64,000 nt of DNA. Origin: a virus. The notes below the pieces were generated by a model. That model did no database searches and was not told the origin of the DNA. It was given only the letters and a program-made list of their open reading frames with translations. The stretch covers positions 1 through 64,000 of the IMG/VR virus record IMGVR_UViG_3300021197_001928; one strand, given 5' to 3'. Position 1 is the first letter of the stretch. Every line of letters starts with the position of its first letter. Shown here piece after piece: positions 1-8,975 of the stretch. Both the position numbers and the translations under genes were made by a program.

Positions 1-384
1 GCCACCCGTGTGAAATTGTAATGAATTGATTGGCCCCTCGCCCGCAACTGAAGAGGTGACAATAATGTTACCACTAGCATCTAAGCCAAGATAACTGCCA
101 TCTCCGGCGAGAGCACCAGAAACAGGATTTTCCAGTTTGATACCAACAGACGATGTTAATCCCGGCACGGTTAGGGCGTTAGCGTTTACATTAAAACTGA
201 ACCCATCATTTGCATTTAGGCCTAACTCTCCGCCAATGGTTTTATAGAATGGTATTTTAGTAACACCAGCATTCTGTAAGGGAAACTGCTCGACGTTCTC
301 AAGACCGGACCCATCTCCGACAAATGATCCACTGGAGATTACACTTATTGCTGAGGTACTTCCACTGAGAACATTGTAACCCAT
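1..384 (-). CDS. Virion structural / tail-fibre-like protein (partial, runs off the left edge; not in ORF track)
   Basis: ATG at 384 with AGGAGG upstream, open to position 1: MGYNVLSGSTSAISVISSGSFVGDGSGLENV...GEGPINSLQF. FxGDGSGL is a fibre-type motif; GEGP..S/AxQF/Y is shared with the neighbouring ORF. Confidence 0.6.
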   Translation of the reverse strand, partial: MGYNVLSGSTSAISVISSGSFVGDGSGLENVEQFPLQNAGVTKIPFYKTIGGELGLNANDGFSFNVNANALTVPGLTSSVGIKLENPVSGALAGDGSYLGLDASGNIIVTSSVAGEGPINSLQFHTGG

Positions 385-396
385 ACATTAAACCTC

Positions 397-1005
397 CTAA
401 TATATAAACCAAGCGTCAACACCATTAGAATATAAAGTCAAAGCAGGATTATCACCAGATAAACTATAGGTCGTGTCTCGGTCAATCTTTTGACTACCAG
501 CACCAGAAACTGCTATCTTGTTTGAGTCTGATCTGGTTGATGTTGTTTCATCTTTAATGATTAAAAGTTTACCAAAACCAGCGACTGATGCGCTTGGTAA
601 TGTAATTGAAACATAGTTCGTATTTGAAATTCCTATGATACTATCATAAGCCTGAACTGTGTGTGAAGTTGTCGACAGGTGATAATAATGTTGTCTTAGT
701 CCACCAGAAACAATCGAGACAGACCCAGTAAAGACGTGTTGATCTCCACTGCCATCACCAAAATTGGTTCCACCCGAGGAGCTTAGTTCTATCTTGTTTG
801 TATGAATTACGTCAAATGTGTGGGCTTGCAGTGTGCCACTAATGACCATAGTACCAGTCAAAAACAAATGGTCAGTAGTCTGGTTGAAAGTAAAGTTGGT
901 GCTACCAGTTAACTCGCCATTCTCAGCCTTAAGATACTGTACTGCTTTTGCTGGTCCTTCACCAGTAACCGCCCCAGATAAATATGCCCATCCAAAATCT
1001 GCCAT
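397..1005 (-). CDS. Virion structural / fibre-like protein
   Basis: Gly/Ser/Thr-rich beta-type sequence (SGGTNFGD..DQHVFTGS, ITLPSA..G..LIIKD, LYSNG..WFIY) typical of phage fibre/decoration proteins. Confidence 0.55.
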   Translation of the reverse strand: MADFGWAYLSGAVTGEGPAKAVQYLKAENGELTGSTNFTFNQTTDHLFLTGTMVISGTLQAHTFDVIHTNKIELSSSGGTNFGDGSGDQHVFTGSVSIVSGGLRQHYYHLSTTSHTVQAYDSIIGISNTNYVSITLPSASVAGFGKLLIIKDETTSTRSDSNKIAVSGAGSQKIDRDTTYSLSGDNPALTLYSNGVDAWFIY

Positions 1006-1017
1006 TATTCTATCCTA

Positions 1018-1479
1018 TTAAAATGTGCTACAAGCGGCAAAGACGTTTACTCTGGTGGGATTAGACCCAACAAAAGCCACCTTATCGACACCAACTATTT
1101 GATAAACCCTGTACTCTCTGGAAGCAGGTACATGATTAGCAGGCGTAGTGCTACTGTTAGACGGCTCAACAGACGAGACTGCAACCCCTGAGTTTGATCC
1201 ATCAGGCGCAAAGCTTTGAGGAATTTCAAACCACCTTTGAAAAGCGTGACAGTAACCATAAATAGAAACAGGATCTGCATCGGTGTTACTGCCGTCATTG
1301 GTCTCCTCGATAAGGACGTGAAGATATCTTTGGTTTTCAGTATTATATCCTGCCGAGGTAGCAGTTATACCTTCAAGGGTATCTGTGTTTGCTAGAACTA
1401 CAATTTCTGTTCCGTGTGGCCCTGCTATATTTTTTGGGCTTCTTGTTCTGCCCCAACTGTTATGCTTGTGTACTGCCAT
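1018..1479 (-). CDS. Hypothetical protein (possibly structural)
   Basis: 153-aa ORF with GGAG RBS, in the structural region. Confidence 0.6.
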   Translation of the reverse strand: MAVHKHNSWGRTRSPKNIAGPHGTEIVVLANTDTLEGITATSAGYNTENQRYLHVLIEETNDGSNTDADPVSIYGYCHAFQRWFEIPQSFAPDGSNSGVAVSSVEPSNSSTTPANHVPASREYRVYQIVGVDKVAFVGSNPTRVNVFAACSTF

Positions 1480-1507
1480 GATTATTTCTCCAATCTTTTA
1501 TAAATAG

Positions 1508-1714
1508 TCATTTGTTAGCTTTTGCTAACTCTTTTGCTCTTCTTCTATCAGAGCGTTTTTTCGCCCTCCGTCTTTTTTCAGACGGCTTCATATAACGTTG
1601 TCTTTCTTTAACTTCATTTATGATACCCAACTTTTTAATTTTTTTATTGAACCTTTTTATAGTTCTCTCAATATTTTCATTACGTCGAGGTCTGACGACT
1701 AGGTTTGTAGCCAT
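1508..1714 (-). CDS. rpsU: 30S ribosomal protein bS21 (phage-encoded)
   Basis: 68 aa, very basic; bS21 pattern V..NENIE..IKRF.KK..K.GII.EVKERQRY.KPSEKRRR. Confidence 0.92.
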   Translation of the reverse strand: MATNLVVRPRRNENIERTIKRFNKKIKKLGIINEVKERQRYMKPSEKRRRAKKRSDRRRAKELAKANK

Positions 1715-2124
1715 TATTTTTTCTCCATTAATCTTTGGCTCATTGCAAAGGCTTTATCACCAAAAAGACCAGAAATATCAACACCCGGGTCGCTTGGCGA
1801 AACATCAGACAATGGTCCCCTTGCTTGTCCTTCTGGAGAAGAAGCGGGAGCAGGACTTATGCCTTCAAAAATGTTAACACCGCCATAGGCGTCTCTACCG
1901 ATTGCATCAAGTAATTTCTTTTTTCTTTGCTTAAGTTGCTGGTTGTTTTTCTTTCTTTGTCTTGGAGGGTTGACTCTTACTTCATTAACTTGTTGCTTTC
2001 CAACCAAACCACCAGCTACTTCTTTAATAACATGAGAAAGAGCACCGTCTTCCTCAAATAGTACTTCCTTAATGCACTCCTTAATAAGGGGCTTTAGGAT
2101 TTTCTTTAATTCATTTTTATTCAT
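1714..2124 (-). CDS. Hypothetical head-region protein
   Basis: 136 aa, N-terminus MNKNELKKILKPLIKECIKEVLFEE; coupled between protease and rpsU. Confidence 0.7.
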   Translation of the reverse strand: MNKNELKKILKPLIKECIKEVLFEEDGALSHVIKEVAGGLVGKQQVNEVRVNPPRQRKKNNQQLKQRKKKLLDAIGRDAYGGVNIFEGISPAPASSPEGQARGPLSDVSPSDPGVDISGLFGDKAFAMSQRLMEKK

Positions 2125-2750
2125 TAGTCTCTCAGGATTTTATCGAATAGATCATTGATAATTAGATCTTTCTTTTCATTTAGTTTGTTTTCATATACTT
2201 TAATCGACGACCTAAATTTGCTGGCCTCTGGTTGCATATATGCATTTGGTGTCGAAGGTTCTGATACTATGTCAAAACAAATTAGTTCAAAATCTTCTTG
2301 AACTATGGTATCTCCCATGCTTTCTTTTACGGAACCTAAGCCTCTAGAGGAGATTCCCAACTTAACACCATTATCAATTAGGTCTTTTAGAATGCGGCCC
2401 GATGGAGTATTAAGTACTTTTATTTTTCCCATAACATCTTTTCCATCCCACCACATATCAACAACAAGGTGAGAGGCATTTCTCAGATTAATAACAGAAT
2501 CATCCGGATGGTCTAATTCACCCAGAGCCCTGTTGTCTTTGATCAGTTTTTGATAGTTTTTAACTTCCCTTTCGAGAACCTTACAGGGATATACTCTCCC
2601 GTTTCCATTTCTCTTTTCACAGGTCTGCATTCTTCCAGACAAATAAAGAGCGCCATTTGCTACTTCTCTTTTCTCTCTTTCAGTTAAGAGATCTTGACAA
2701 ACGCCGTCCTTACATAATTCATAATATTCTGTTAATAATTTCTTAGCCAT
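2124..2750 (-). CDS. Prohead core protease (T4 gp21-like)
   Basis: Motifs NGNGRVYP, ALGELDHP, NASH, LNTPSG, LGISSRGLGS, FDIVSEPSTPNA. Confidence 0.93.
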   Translation of the reverse strand: MAKKLLTEYYELCKDGVCQDLLTEREKREVANGALYLSGRMQTCEKRNGNGRVYPCKVLEREVKNYQKLIKDNRALGELDHPDDSVINLRNASHLVVDMWWDGKDVMGKIKVLNTPSGRILKDLIDNGVKLGISSRGLGSVKESMGDTIVQEDFELICFDIVSEPSTPNAYMQPEASKFRSSIKVYENKLNEKKDLIINDLFDKILRD

Positions 2751-2770
2751 TTTTATTCCTTTTATAAAAA

Positions 2771-3049
2771 TTATTCACCATATTGCATTATATAGGCTAG
2801 AGCGTTAGGGTCGCCTTCCATTGCGGCTTGCTCTAGTGCAGCAAGTTTTCTCTTCATTGCTTCTTCTTTAGAAAACTGTGGCATGTGCTTATCTTTTTGT
2901 GTCTTCATATCATGTTCACCTTCATAAGCTTCTTCGTTCATATAACCTTCTTCGTTCATATAACCTTGCTCATTCATATGGTCCATCTCATACATAGAGT
3001 TCATCTCTTTGATAATCATCTTTTTTAATTTTTCTGTTGTTAGTTTCAT
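2771..3049 (-). CDS. Small acidic protein with shared N-terminal leader (MKLTTEKLKKMIIKEM)
   Basis: 92 aa with internal (GY)MNE repeats; leader shared with five other ORFs in the window. Confidence 0.7.
   Translation of the reverse strand: MKLTTEKLKKMIIKEMNSMYEMDHMNEQGYMNEEGYMNEEAYEGEHDMKTQKDKHMPQFSKEEAMKRKLAALEQAAMEGDPNALAYIMQYGE
2930..2983. repeat. 18-bp in-frame tandem repeat (2 exact copies plus 1 degenerate) encoding GYMNEE
   Basis: ttcttcgttcatataacc at 2930 and 2948, with a degenerate copy following. Confidence 0.8.
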
Positions 3050-3100
3050 TTTATTATATTCCTTTTTATTTTTTATTGATACCGGCGCTACCGGCTTGAG

Positions 3101-3154
3101 TCAGCTACCGCTGCAACAACGTCTAACAGGTTGTAACATCCATTTTTTAGTCAT
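3101..3154 (-). CDS. 17-aa peptide MTKKWMLQPVRRCCSGS (not in ORF track)
   Basis: ATG overlaps the end of the upstream gene, GGAG upstream; ends in TGA that is in frame with ORF 2771..3049. Confidence 0.45.
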   Translation of the reverse strand: MTKKWMLQPVRRCCSGS

Positions 3155-3458
3155 CTTTAGCTCCAAGTTGTATGCCGTCATCCTTAACAACCATCGAAAG
3201 CAGGTAAGATGTTCCAGCAGAAAGCCAACCGCATATAAAAAAGTTAGCGATTGTATAATCAAATGTAAATAGTTCGGTTCCAGCGTTTATGACAAAAAGC
3301 AAACAACCAACCCAAAATCCTATACAAAGAGGGCAATGGAATAGAGTATTCCACTTTTTTGTATAATCTTTTTCAGGTCTTAAGTCTTCGAAAATCTTGC
3401 CGTAGACCAAAATAAAGGTCAAGCCATAAGAGGCAAGTACAAAGTAAAGTAATTCCAT
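3147..3458 (-). CDS. DUF1360-like membrane protein
   Basis: Three hydrophobic segments and LFHCPLCIGFWVG (CxxC-xx-FW) motif. Confidence 0.65.
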   Translation of the reverse strand: MELLYFVLASYGLTFILVYGKIFEDLRPEKDYTKKWNTLFHCPLCIGFWVGCLLFVINAGTELFTFDYTIANFFICGWLSAGTSYLLSMVVKDDGIQLGAKDD

Positions 3459-3510
3459 TAAATCTCCAATTTTCTTCGTTAAACTTAAACAGGTAAATCA
3501 TTTATACTGC

Positions 3511-3927
3511 TTATGCTTCTTTGAAACTTGACGGCATTAAATCTACACCAAATTTCTTTGCTAGCTTAACCAAAACAGCGACAGCAATACCTCCACCGGG
3601 CAAAGCGACGATTCCTAATAAGAAGCTGCCCAAAAAGATGTCTTTTATTTGTTCTTTTATAAAGCTAACCTCTTCAGCGCCTAACTTGACTCCTCTCATC
3701 ATTTTTGCAAGAAGTCTAACGCCTTCCTTTGTCTCGGACATTTCTTGTTTAAATTTTCGAAAAAACTCTTTCATGCCTTGAATTCCGGCTTTTCCTTTTT
3801 TCTTAGCCCAGCCCAAAGCATCTTGAATCATTCCCTCTTCAATCAGAATTCGTTCTTGTTCATTAAGCATTTCGTAATTAGCCTCTTTAATAAACCCACG
3901 CCAGTTTTCAAAAATTAGATCTTTCAT
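3511..3927 (-). CDS. LETM1-like domain protein
   Basis: C-terminal ...QIKDI....LLGIVALPGG........L......LMPSSF resembles short bacterial/phage LETM1-like proteins; N-terminus MKDLIFENWRGFIKE. Confidence 0.5.
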   Translation of the reverse strand: MKDLIFENWRGFIKEANYEMLNEQERILIEEGMIQDALGWAKKKGKAGIQGMKEFFRKFKQEMSETKEGVRLLAKMMRGVKLGAEEVSFIKEQIKDIFLGSFLLGIVALPGGGIAVAVLVKLAKKFGVDLMPSSFKEA

Positions 3928-4571
3928 TAGTAAGTATATCTCCCATAATAATAAGGAGAGAACATTCCATTTTGTTGTATACCGCCTTTTTCGTCTTCGT
4001 GCGGTATTTCTCCCAATTCTGTTGAATATTCGTCATCCGGATCCAGCAAGTGATCGTCCATCATCTCTTCGTGCGCTTCACTTGATTTAGAATAAGGCTG
4101 CTCGGTGGTTATCCATTCGCTAATTTGCAATAAAATATAGTCAATAGACTCTGGTTGCTTGTCTCCTTTCATTTCAAGCATCAATCCCTCCATTGAGCCA
4201 TACACGCTACCGCCTTGGATCGAGTCGTATGCAACAACCCCTTGTCTTCTAAGATGTGTAAAAAGTCTATTTTCGGCACCGTAAACAACGTCGGACATCA
4301 TGTCCTTTGCAAAGGCTACAATTTTCTTTTTTTCTGTCAAAACCATAATATCGATGTCGCTGTGGTCGAAAATCATAAGATCTCCGTTCAAAGCACGTCT
4401 AACTCTAAGTTTAAATTCAAATTTTTGTTTTGTTGGATCATGCACATGCACACGAAGAGGTGGCTCGGCCACTTTAACCTTCAGTGAGTTATCTACATAA
4501 ACAGGAATTTTATCCTCTGGTTTAATGTTAACTCCTAGTTCTTTTTCTCTATCAATATTAATTGTCGGCAT
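3927..4571 (-). CDS. Hypothetical protein
   Basis: 214-aa ORF coupled in the head operon. Confidence 0.7.
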   Translation of the reverse strand: MPTINIDREKELGVNIKPEDKIPVYVDNSLKVKVAEPPLRVHVHDPTKQKFEFKLRVRRALNGDLMIFDHSDIDIMVLTEKKKIVAFAKDMMSDVVYGAENRLFTHLRRQGVVAYDSIQGGSVYGSMEGLMLEMKGDKQPESIDYILLQISEWITTEQPYSKSSEAHEEMMDDHLLDPDDEYSTELGEIPHEDEKGGIQQNGMFSPYYYGRYTY

Positions 4572-5389
4572 TACTTTTTGACCTCTTCAACTAAATCTTG
4601 TATATAAAAAACATCCTTGACTAGTTGTTCTGTTATTGGGTTATTTGAAAAAGACTCTAACTTATCACAAACACGCTCTAATTTAGACAATAAGGCACCA
4701 TTTTTAGAGTTTTTTTGTGTTTCGGTAAGTAGACCTATCTCATTTTTAAGTCTCGAAATTTCCTCGTTTAAGAACGATTTAAGGCCAAGCCCATTATCAG
4801 AAAATGACACGATATAATTAGTCAATAAATCTTTTTGCTCTTTTCTCAAGGACCTTTCATAAGTTTCATTGAATTTATTAACAAAAGTTCTGTACGTCAG
4901 GTTGTCAATGTGTTTCATTTCTTCCTTAATTAATTTTTGCCTTGTTAACAATTTAATTAATTTGGTTTCAATTATCAATCTAGATTTAGCTTTCAATTTA
5001 GAATCAAAAAATGTACCGATTGAAGCAATGTCTTTATAATTTGATAAGAAATTAGCAAAAGCCGATGGAGATAGTGTCTCGTTTATATTTTTTATTAAGA
5101 TCGTTTGTTGATTAAAGACTTCTTTTCGATCCAAATCATGAAAATCTTTACGAGTTTCAGTCAAAAACCTTTGTGCAAACTCTTTTGACATCTTTTTTGA
5201 TTCTAAAATCGACCGATACACTTCCAGATCCTGTCTAAGAGTGGACCCTTTGCAAAAAAACTCTTTCAAGATTAGCAATATTTTGCTTTTTTTCTGATGT
5301 TGTTCTCTTACTACTGATTTTGTGAGTTCTTTAATTAAAGACTCGTAAAGAAAAGCGGTATTTCTTTTCTTATTGTGTTTCATCTTCAT
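4571..5389 (-). CDS. Hypothetical helical protein downstream of portal
   Basis: 272 aa, MKMKHNKKRNTAFLYESL; overlaps the portal stop. Confidence 0.7.
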   Translation of the reverse strand: MKMKHNKKRNTAFLYESLIKELTKSVVREQHQKKSKILLILKEFFCKGSTLRQDLEVYRSILESKKMSKEFAQRFLTETRKDFHDLDRKEVFNQQTILIKNINETLSPSAFANFLSNYKDIASIGTFFDSKLKAKSRLIIETKLIKLLTRQKLIKEEMKHIDNLTYRTFVNKFNETYERSLRKEQKDLLTNYIVSFSDNGLGLKSFLNEEISRLKNEIGLLTETQKNSKNGALLSKLERVCDKLESFSNNPITEQLVKDVFYIQDLVEEVKK

Positions 5390-7379
5390 TTTGCTTCCTC
5401 TTTATGTTTGTTTGTAACCCTTCTAATAAAACAGAAATTTCATCTTTCATATTAAATAGTTTGTCTTCTTCAATAACGTGTGACTCCATAATTCCTTTAC
5501 CCAATTGCCGAAATTCATGAGGGTATTGTGCACCCTTATTGACTCCATCTGAGTATCCTTTCCATCTTGAGCGAAATGTATTGCCATATTCGCCTGTGGC
5601 TTGATTCTTAAATTGTTTTTTTCTTCCACCTTTGTCATATGAAGACTTATGTCGCCTGTATTGGCCTCTCTTTCTAGACTTGGCTGCGTCTGGCTGTACC
5701 CAAACAGAATCATCACGCTTGGCTGGTGCGGCTAATAGGGTTTCGTCTTCTCCACCACCCGCTCCTGCGCCGGCCTCTTCGTCTCCGCCTAAATCAAGAT
5801 CTCCGCCGCCTGCATCATCATCGGTATCTCCAAGACCGCCCAGATCTCCGAGGTCTCCGCCACCAGCGTCACCGCCAAGGTCTAATCCACCACCGGCATC
5901 TCCACCTGCTGCCCCGCCGGCTGCTGCGGCCTCAAGGCTAGCCATGAATTTTTTATCAAAGTACATTTCTCTTTGCATTCTAAGAAACTCATCTTCTGAT
6001 ATTCCAAGCATGTTTTCCGCAACCCAACGCTTTGAGAAATAGTTTTCTGTTGCTGCGCCTGCTGCTTCAAATTTAACTTTCCAGTGCTCTAATTCTTGAA
6101 GCTCTGCTATTTTTGAAGGATTGTTAAGCCTTAATTTAAAAGATAATAAATCATCTCCACGATAGCCAAGAGTGAACAGGTGAATAATCCCAATCTTTTC
6201 TAGCTCTGATACAATAGAGCGTTGTAGTCTTTGTATTGTTCTTGCAAACCGTATATCTTTTTGTGCAAGAGTTGTTTTATCTTCCTGAGCGCCCTCTCCC
6301 ATTACAAGATATGATTGGGGGATCTTTATAGCGGCAAATAGCTTTTCACGAAGATATTTAACGTCTTCTATTTGCCCGGTAAACTGTCCGCCTGCCATAT
6401 TTTCTATTTTGGTATTAGAGGCCCCACCACGCACAGGTACGAAATAGTCCTCTTCAATTGACAAAGGATTATAGCGAAGATCAACTCGGCCTGTCTTGGG
6501 ATCGACCACTTGATGACGCTTCATTTGTGTCATTACTTTCTGCATATATTGTTCGACATCTTGTGGGGGAATTGCACCAACATCAATATAAAACACTCTA
6601 CGCTCTGGGGAGCGAACAATACGATAAGCCATCATGGCGTCTTCGAGTAAAGTGAGTTGTCTCCAAATACGACGAGCAGGTTCAAGCACTGAAGTACCGT
6701 ATGGGTAATGTTTATCATTGCCGAGGACTCTAAAGTGTGCGACTTGCCAGTTTTCTAGTGTTAGGCCGGCTGAGTTCCATTGGAATTGCACGTAGTTAGG
6801 ATTTGAATCGTCTTCACCTTCAAGTCTTTCAATTTCTTGCTGTGGGACTCCGATACATGACTTAACACCTAGATCATCATCGAGATCCAAATATAGGAAC
6901 AAATCACCATATTTGCACATTGTTCTAGCCCAGCCAAAGAGGTTGTGTTCTATGTTCAACACATTATAATACAATGAACTTAGCACTGCTTTAATTTCTT
7001 CATTTGGGCATTTTATATTAAGCATCGGCTGTATTGAAGAATGCGTCGTTATCTCATCCGCATAAATATCAATGCTCGATGCGATGATGGGTTCATATTC
7101 CATTTCATCAAAGTCAATATATCGCTCTGAGCGGTTTCTATTAGAAATCATACTGACCGTGATAGAATTCATTGCATTGTATTCTGTCTTTTTAAATTGC
7201 TTTCCGCTTGCTGATTTAAATCTAGAAGAAAATATATCTAAATGGCGGCGCCTTAGTTGCCTACCGGTTTGCGTTCTTCTGTTGACAATCGGTCCAGAAA
7301 ACAGTTTTGTTAGTGATCTAAACAATCCAGATGTTTCGTTATATGGGTTGTTACCTTTTCTTATTTTTTTATTAGCCAT
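5370..7379 (-). CDS. Portal protein (T4 gp20-like)
   Basis: QLTLLEDAMMAYRIVRSPERRVFYIDVG, EEDYFVPVRGG, IEDVKY..KLF.A.KIP, DIRFARTIQRLQ; adjacent to terminase. Confidence 0.95.
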   Translation of the reverse strand: MANKKIRKGNNPYNETSGLFRSLTKLFSGPIVNRRTQTGRQLRRRHLDIFSSRFKSASGKQFKKTEYNAMNSITVSMISNRNRSERYIDFDEMEYEPIIASSIDIYADEITTHSSIQPMLNIKCPNEEIKAVLSSLYYNVLNIEHNLFGWARTMCKYGDLFLYLDLDDDLGVKSCIGVPQQEIERLEGEDDSNPNYVQFQWNSAGLTLENWQVAHFRVLGNDKHYPYGTSVLEPARRIWRQLTLLEDAMMAYRIVRSPERRVFYIDVGAIPPQDVEQYMQKVMTQMKRHQVVDPKTGRVDLRYNPLSIEEDYFVPVRGGASNTKIENMAGGQFTGQIEDVKYLREKLFAAIKIPQSYLVMGEGAQEDKTTLAQKDIRFARTIQRLQRSIVSELEKIGIIHLFTLGYRGDDLLSFKLRLNNPSKIAELQELEHWKVKFEAAGAATENYFSKRWVAENMLGISEDEFLRMQREMYFDKKFMASLEAAAAGGAAGGDAGGGLDLGGDAGGGDLGDLGGLGDTDDDAGGGDLDLGGDEEAGAGAGGGEDETLLAAPAKRDDSVWVQPDAAKSRKRGQYRRHKSSYDKGGRKKQFKNQATGEYGNTFRSRWKGYSDGVNKGAQYPHEFRQLGKGIMESHVIEEDKLFNMKDEISVLLEGLQTNIKRKQNEDETQ

Positions 7380-7385
7380 TTTTTA

Positions 7386-8969
7386 CTATCCTTTGTAAAT
7401 CCAAGAGTATTGCGTTAATTGTTCTTTAAAATCTTGTTGTTTTTCTTTTGTTGTCTCACTATAACCTTGCATACCTTTAATTGTTGTGTTCATGATACTA
7501 TCACTCTTATACATAGAATTTATCATTGCCTTTTTGTATTCTACCTCTCTCTTGTTTACCTGAAGAGCAGTATCCTTTACCCAACAACCGATAGCAATAG
7601 CCATAATTAAATCGTCATTGTACGACCTCATTGCTTGAGGTTTTCCGTTATTCCAGATAAAAGTTTTAAATTCGTGATATAATCTGGATGAATATGTTGT
7701 TAGCATTTTGTTTCTTACGAATTCTTCTAATTTCGCAACAACGAGGGGCCTTGTTTTTGTTGAGGTTGTAAATCCCGGGATTGCCCTTTCCATTGATTCT
7801 CCTTGGTGAGCCTCAACAAACTCATGCGTCGCCTTCATGGAATAATATAAGTTAGGATATCCAAGGTCTACAAGCTTCTCTAAAATAGAAATGCCAATGC
7901 CGTTGTTTTCGACAACCATTAAGCAGCCACCATATTCCATACCAGCATCAAATAAAATTCTAGAATACATATCTAACGTTGGCTTTCCTTGGTATTCTGC
8001 TACGATTTCCATCGTATTTAATTTTAAAATATGAAACACAGAATTATCAGCACCGTCACCACGTGCAACATCAGCAGTTAACAAATATTGATTATTGCCA
8101 TCAAATTTGCCCCATATCCAAAAGTTTCTATCATATCCTGTTCTGTATACGGGTTCTTTTATATTTCCATGAACCCACGTTAAATCATCTGGGTGTATTA
8201 CTGTATCACCGGAAGTATTAAAGTTGCACAATAACTCTTGTGCTATTTGTCTCTTTGACATATTCTTGGTCTCTTTTTCAAACCAAGCCTGATCTCTTTC
8301 GGGGTGTACGTCCCACATTAATTCAATTGGGTTAAATTCATTATCTCCGTCAACAGCACCGACATAAGTTTTATGAAACCAATTACCAGTTCCCTTTGGG
8401 GTAGATAACGCAATACAGCGACCACCGGTCGCCAATGTAGAATAAACAGCAGTCCATATGTCACTCATCTTCTCAATGTGTGCTGCCTCATCGACAACCA
8501 ATAACGACAGAGCTTCAGATCGACCGGCATCTTCCGATGTGGGTACGGCTTTAATAATCGATCCATTTGACAATTCAAAGGATGTCCTATTATCCACATC
8601 AATAGTCGCAATTTTCATCCAATCAGGTAGATTCTTCATCATGCTTTTTACTTTTTTAACTAAATTGGCCGCTGTGCTGAACTTTGTTGCTAATACAACG
8701 ATGCTCTTTTCTTTGTGAAAAAGCATAAACCAAACACAATAAGCAGCGGTAATCGTAGAGATTCCTAACTGCCTAGCTTTTAATATTACATTAAATCGAA
8801 AATCATTATAATCATTTAGCAAATCGTCTTGATAAGGGTAGGTTTTAAATTGAATTAGCCCCCTCATTGGGTGACTTATGCGACAATAATTATTAATAAA
8901 GTATGGAGCATCTTTCCCACACTTTAATATTTCTTTAACAATTTGTTTTTTTGTTAACCTGAAGGCCAT
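7386..8969 (-). CDS. Terminase large subunit (T4 gp17-like)
   Basis: Walker A-type ILKARQLGIST, Walker B LLVVDEAAH, LSTPKG; nuclease motifs DVARGDGAD, VENNGIG, NDDLIMA. Confidence 0.95.
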   Translation of the reverse strand: MAFRLTKKQIVKEILKCGKDAPYFINNYCRISHPMRGLIQFKTYPYQDDLLNDYNDFRFNVILKARQLGISTITAAYCVWFMLFHKEKSIVVLATKFSTAANLVKKVKSMMKNLPDWMKIATIDVDNRTSFELSNGSIIKAVPTSEDAGRSEALSLLVVDEAAHIEKMSDIWTAVYSTLATGGRCIALSTPKGTGNWFHKTYVGAVDGDNEFNPIELMWDVHPERDQAWFEKETKNMSKRQIAQELLCNFNTSGDTVIHPDDLTWVHGNIKEPVYRTGYDRNFWIWGKFDGNNQYLLTADVARGDGADNSVFHILKLNTMEIVAEYQGKPTLDMYSRILFDAGMEYGGCLMVVENNGIGISILEKLVDLGYPNLYYSMKATHEFVEAHQGESMERAIPGFTTSTKTRPLVVAKLEEFVRNKMLTTYSSRLYHEFKTFIWNNGKPQAMRSYNDDLIMAIAIGCWVKDTALQVNKREVEYKKAMINSMYKSDSIMNTTIKGMQGYSETTKEKQQDFKEQLTQYSWIYKG

Positions 8970-8975
8970 TATACA

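Noticed and set aside
1499-1506. Canonical T4 late promoter TATAAATA (also at 45488-45495)
   Set aside because: It lies on the plus strand, antisense to all genes. Reinterpreted as the CTATTTA motif on the coding strand.
3081-3095. Hairpin as a rho-independent terminator
   Set aside because: No U-tract follows it on either strand, and the stem is only 5 bp.
5632-6042. Pro/Ser-rich plus-strand ORFs, and the other plus-strand ORFs in the track
   Set aside because: They are antisense shadows of well-supported minus-strand genes (here the Gly/Asp portal linker), with no recognisable motifs.
7386-8969. Intein or intron in terminase, portal or primase
   Set aside because: Lengths and motif spacing are normal; no intein end motifs or ORF breaks seen.
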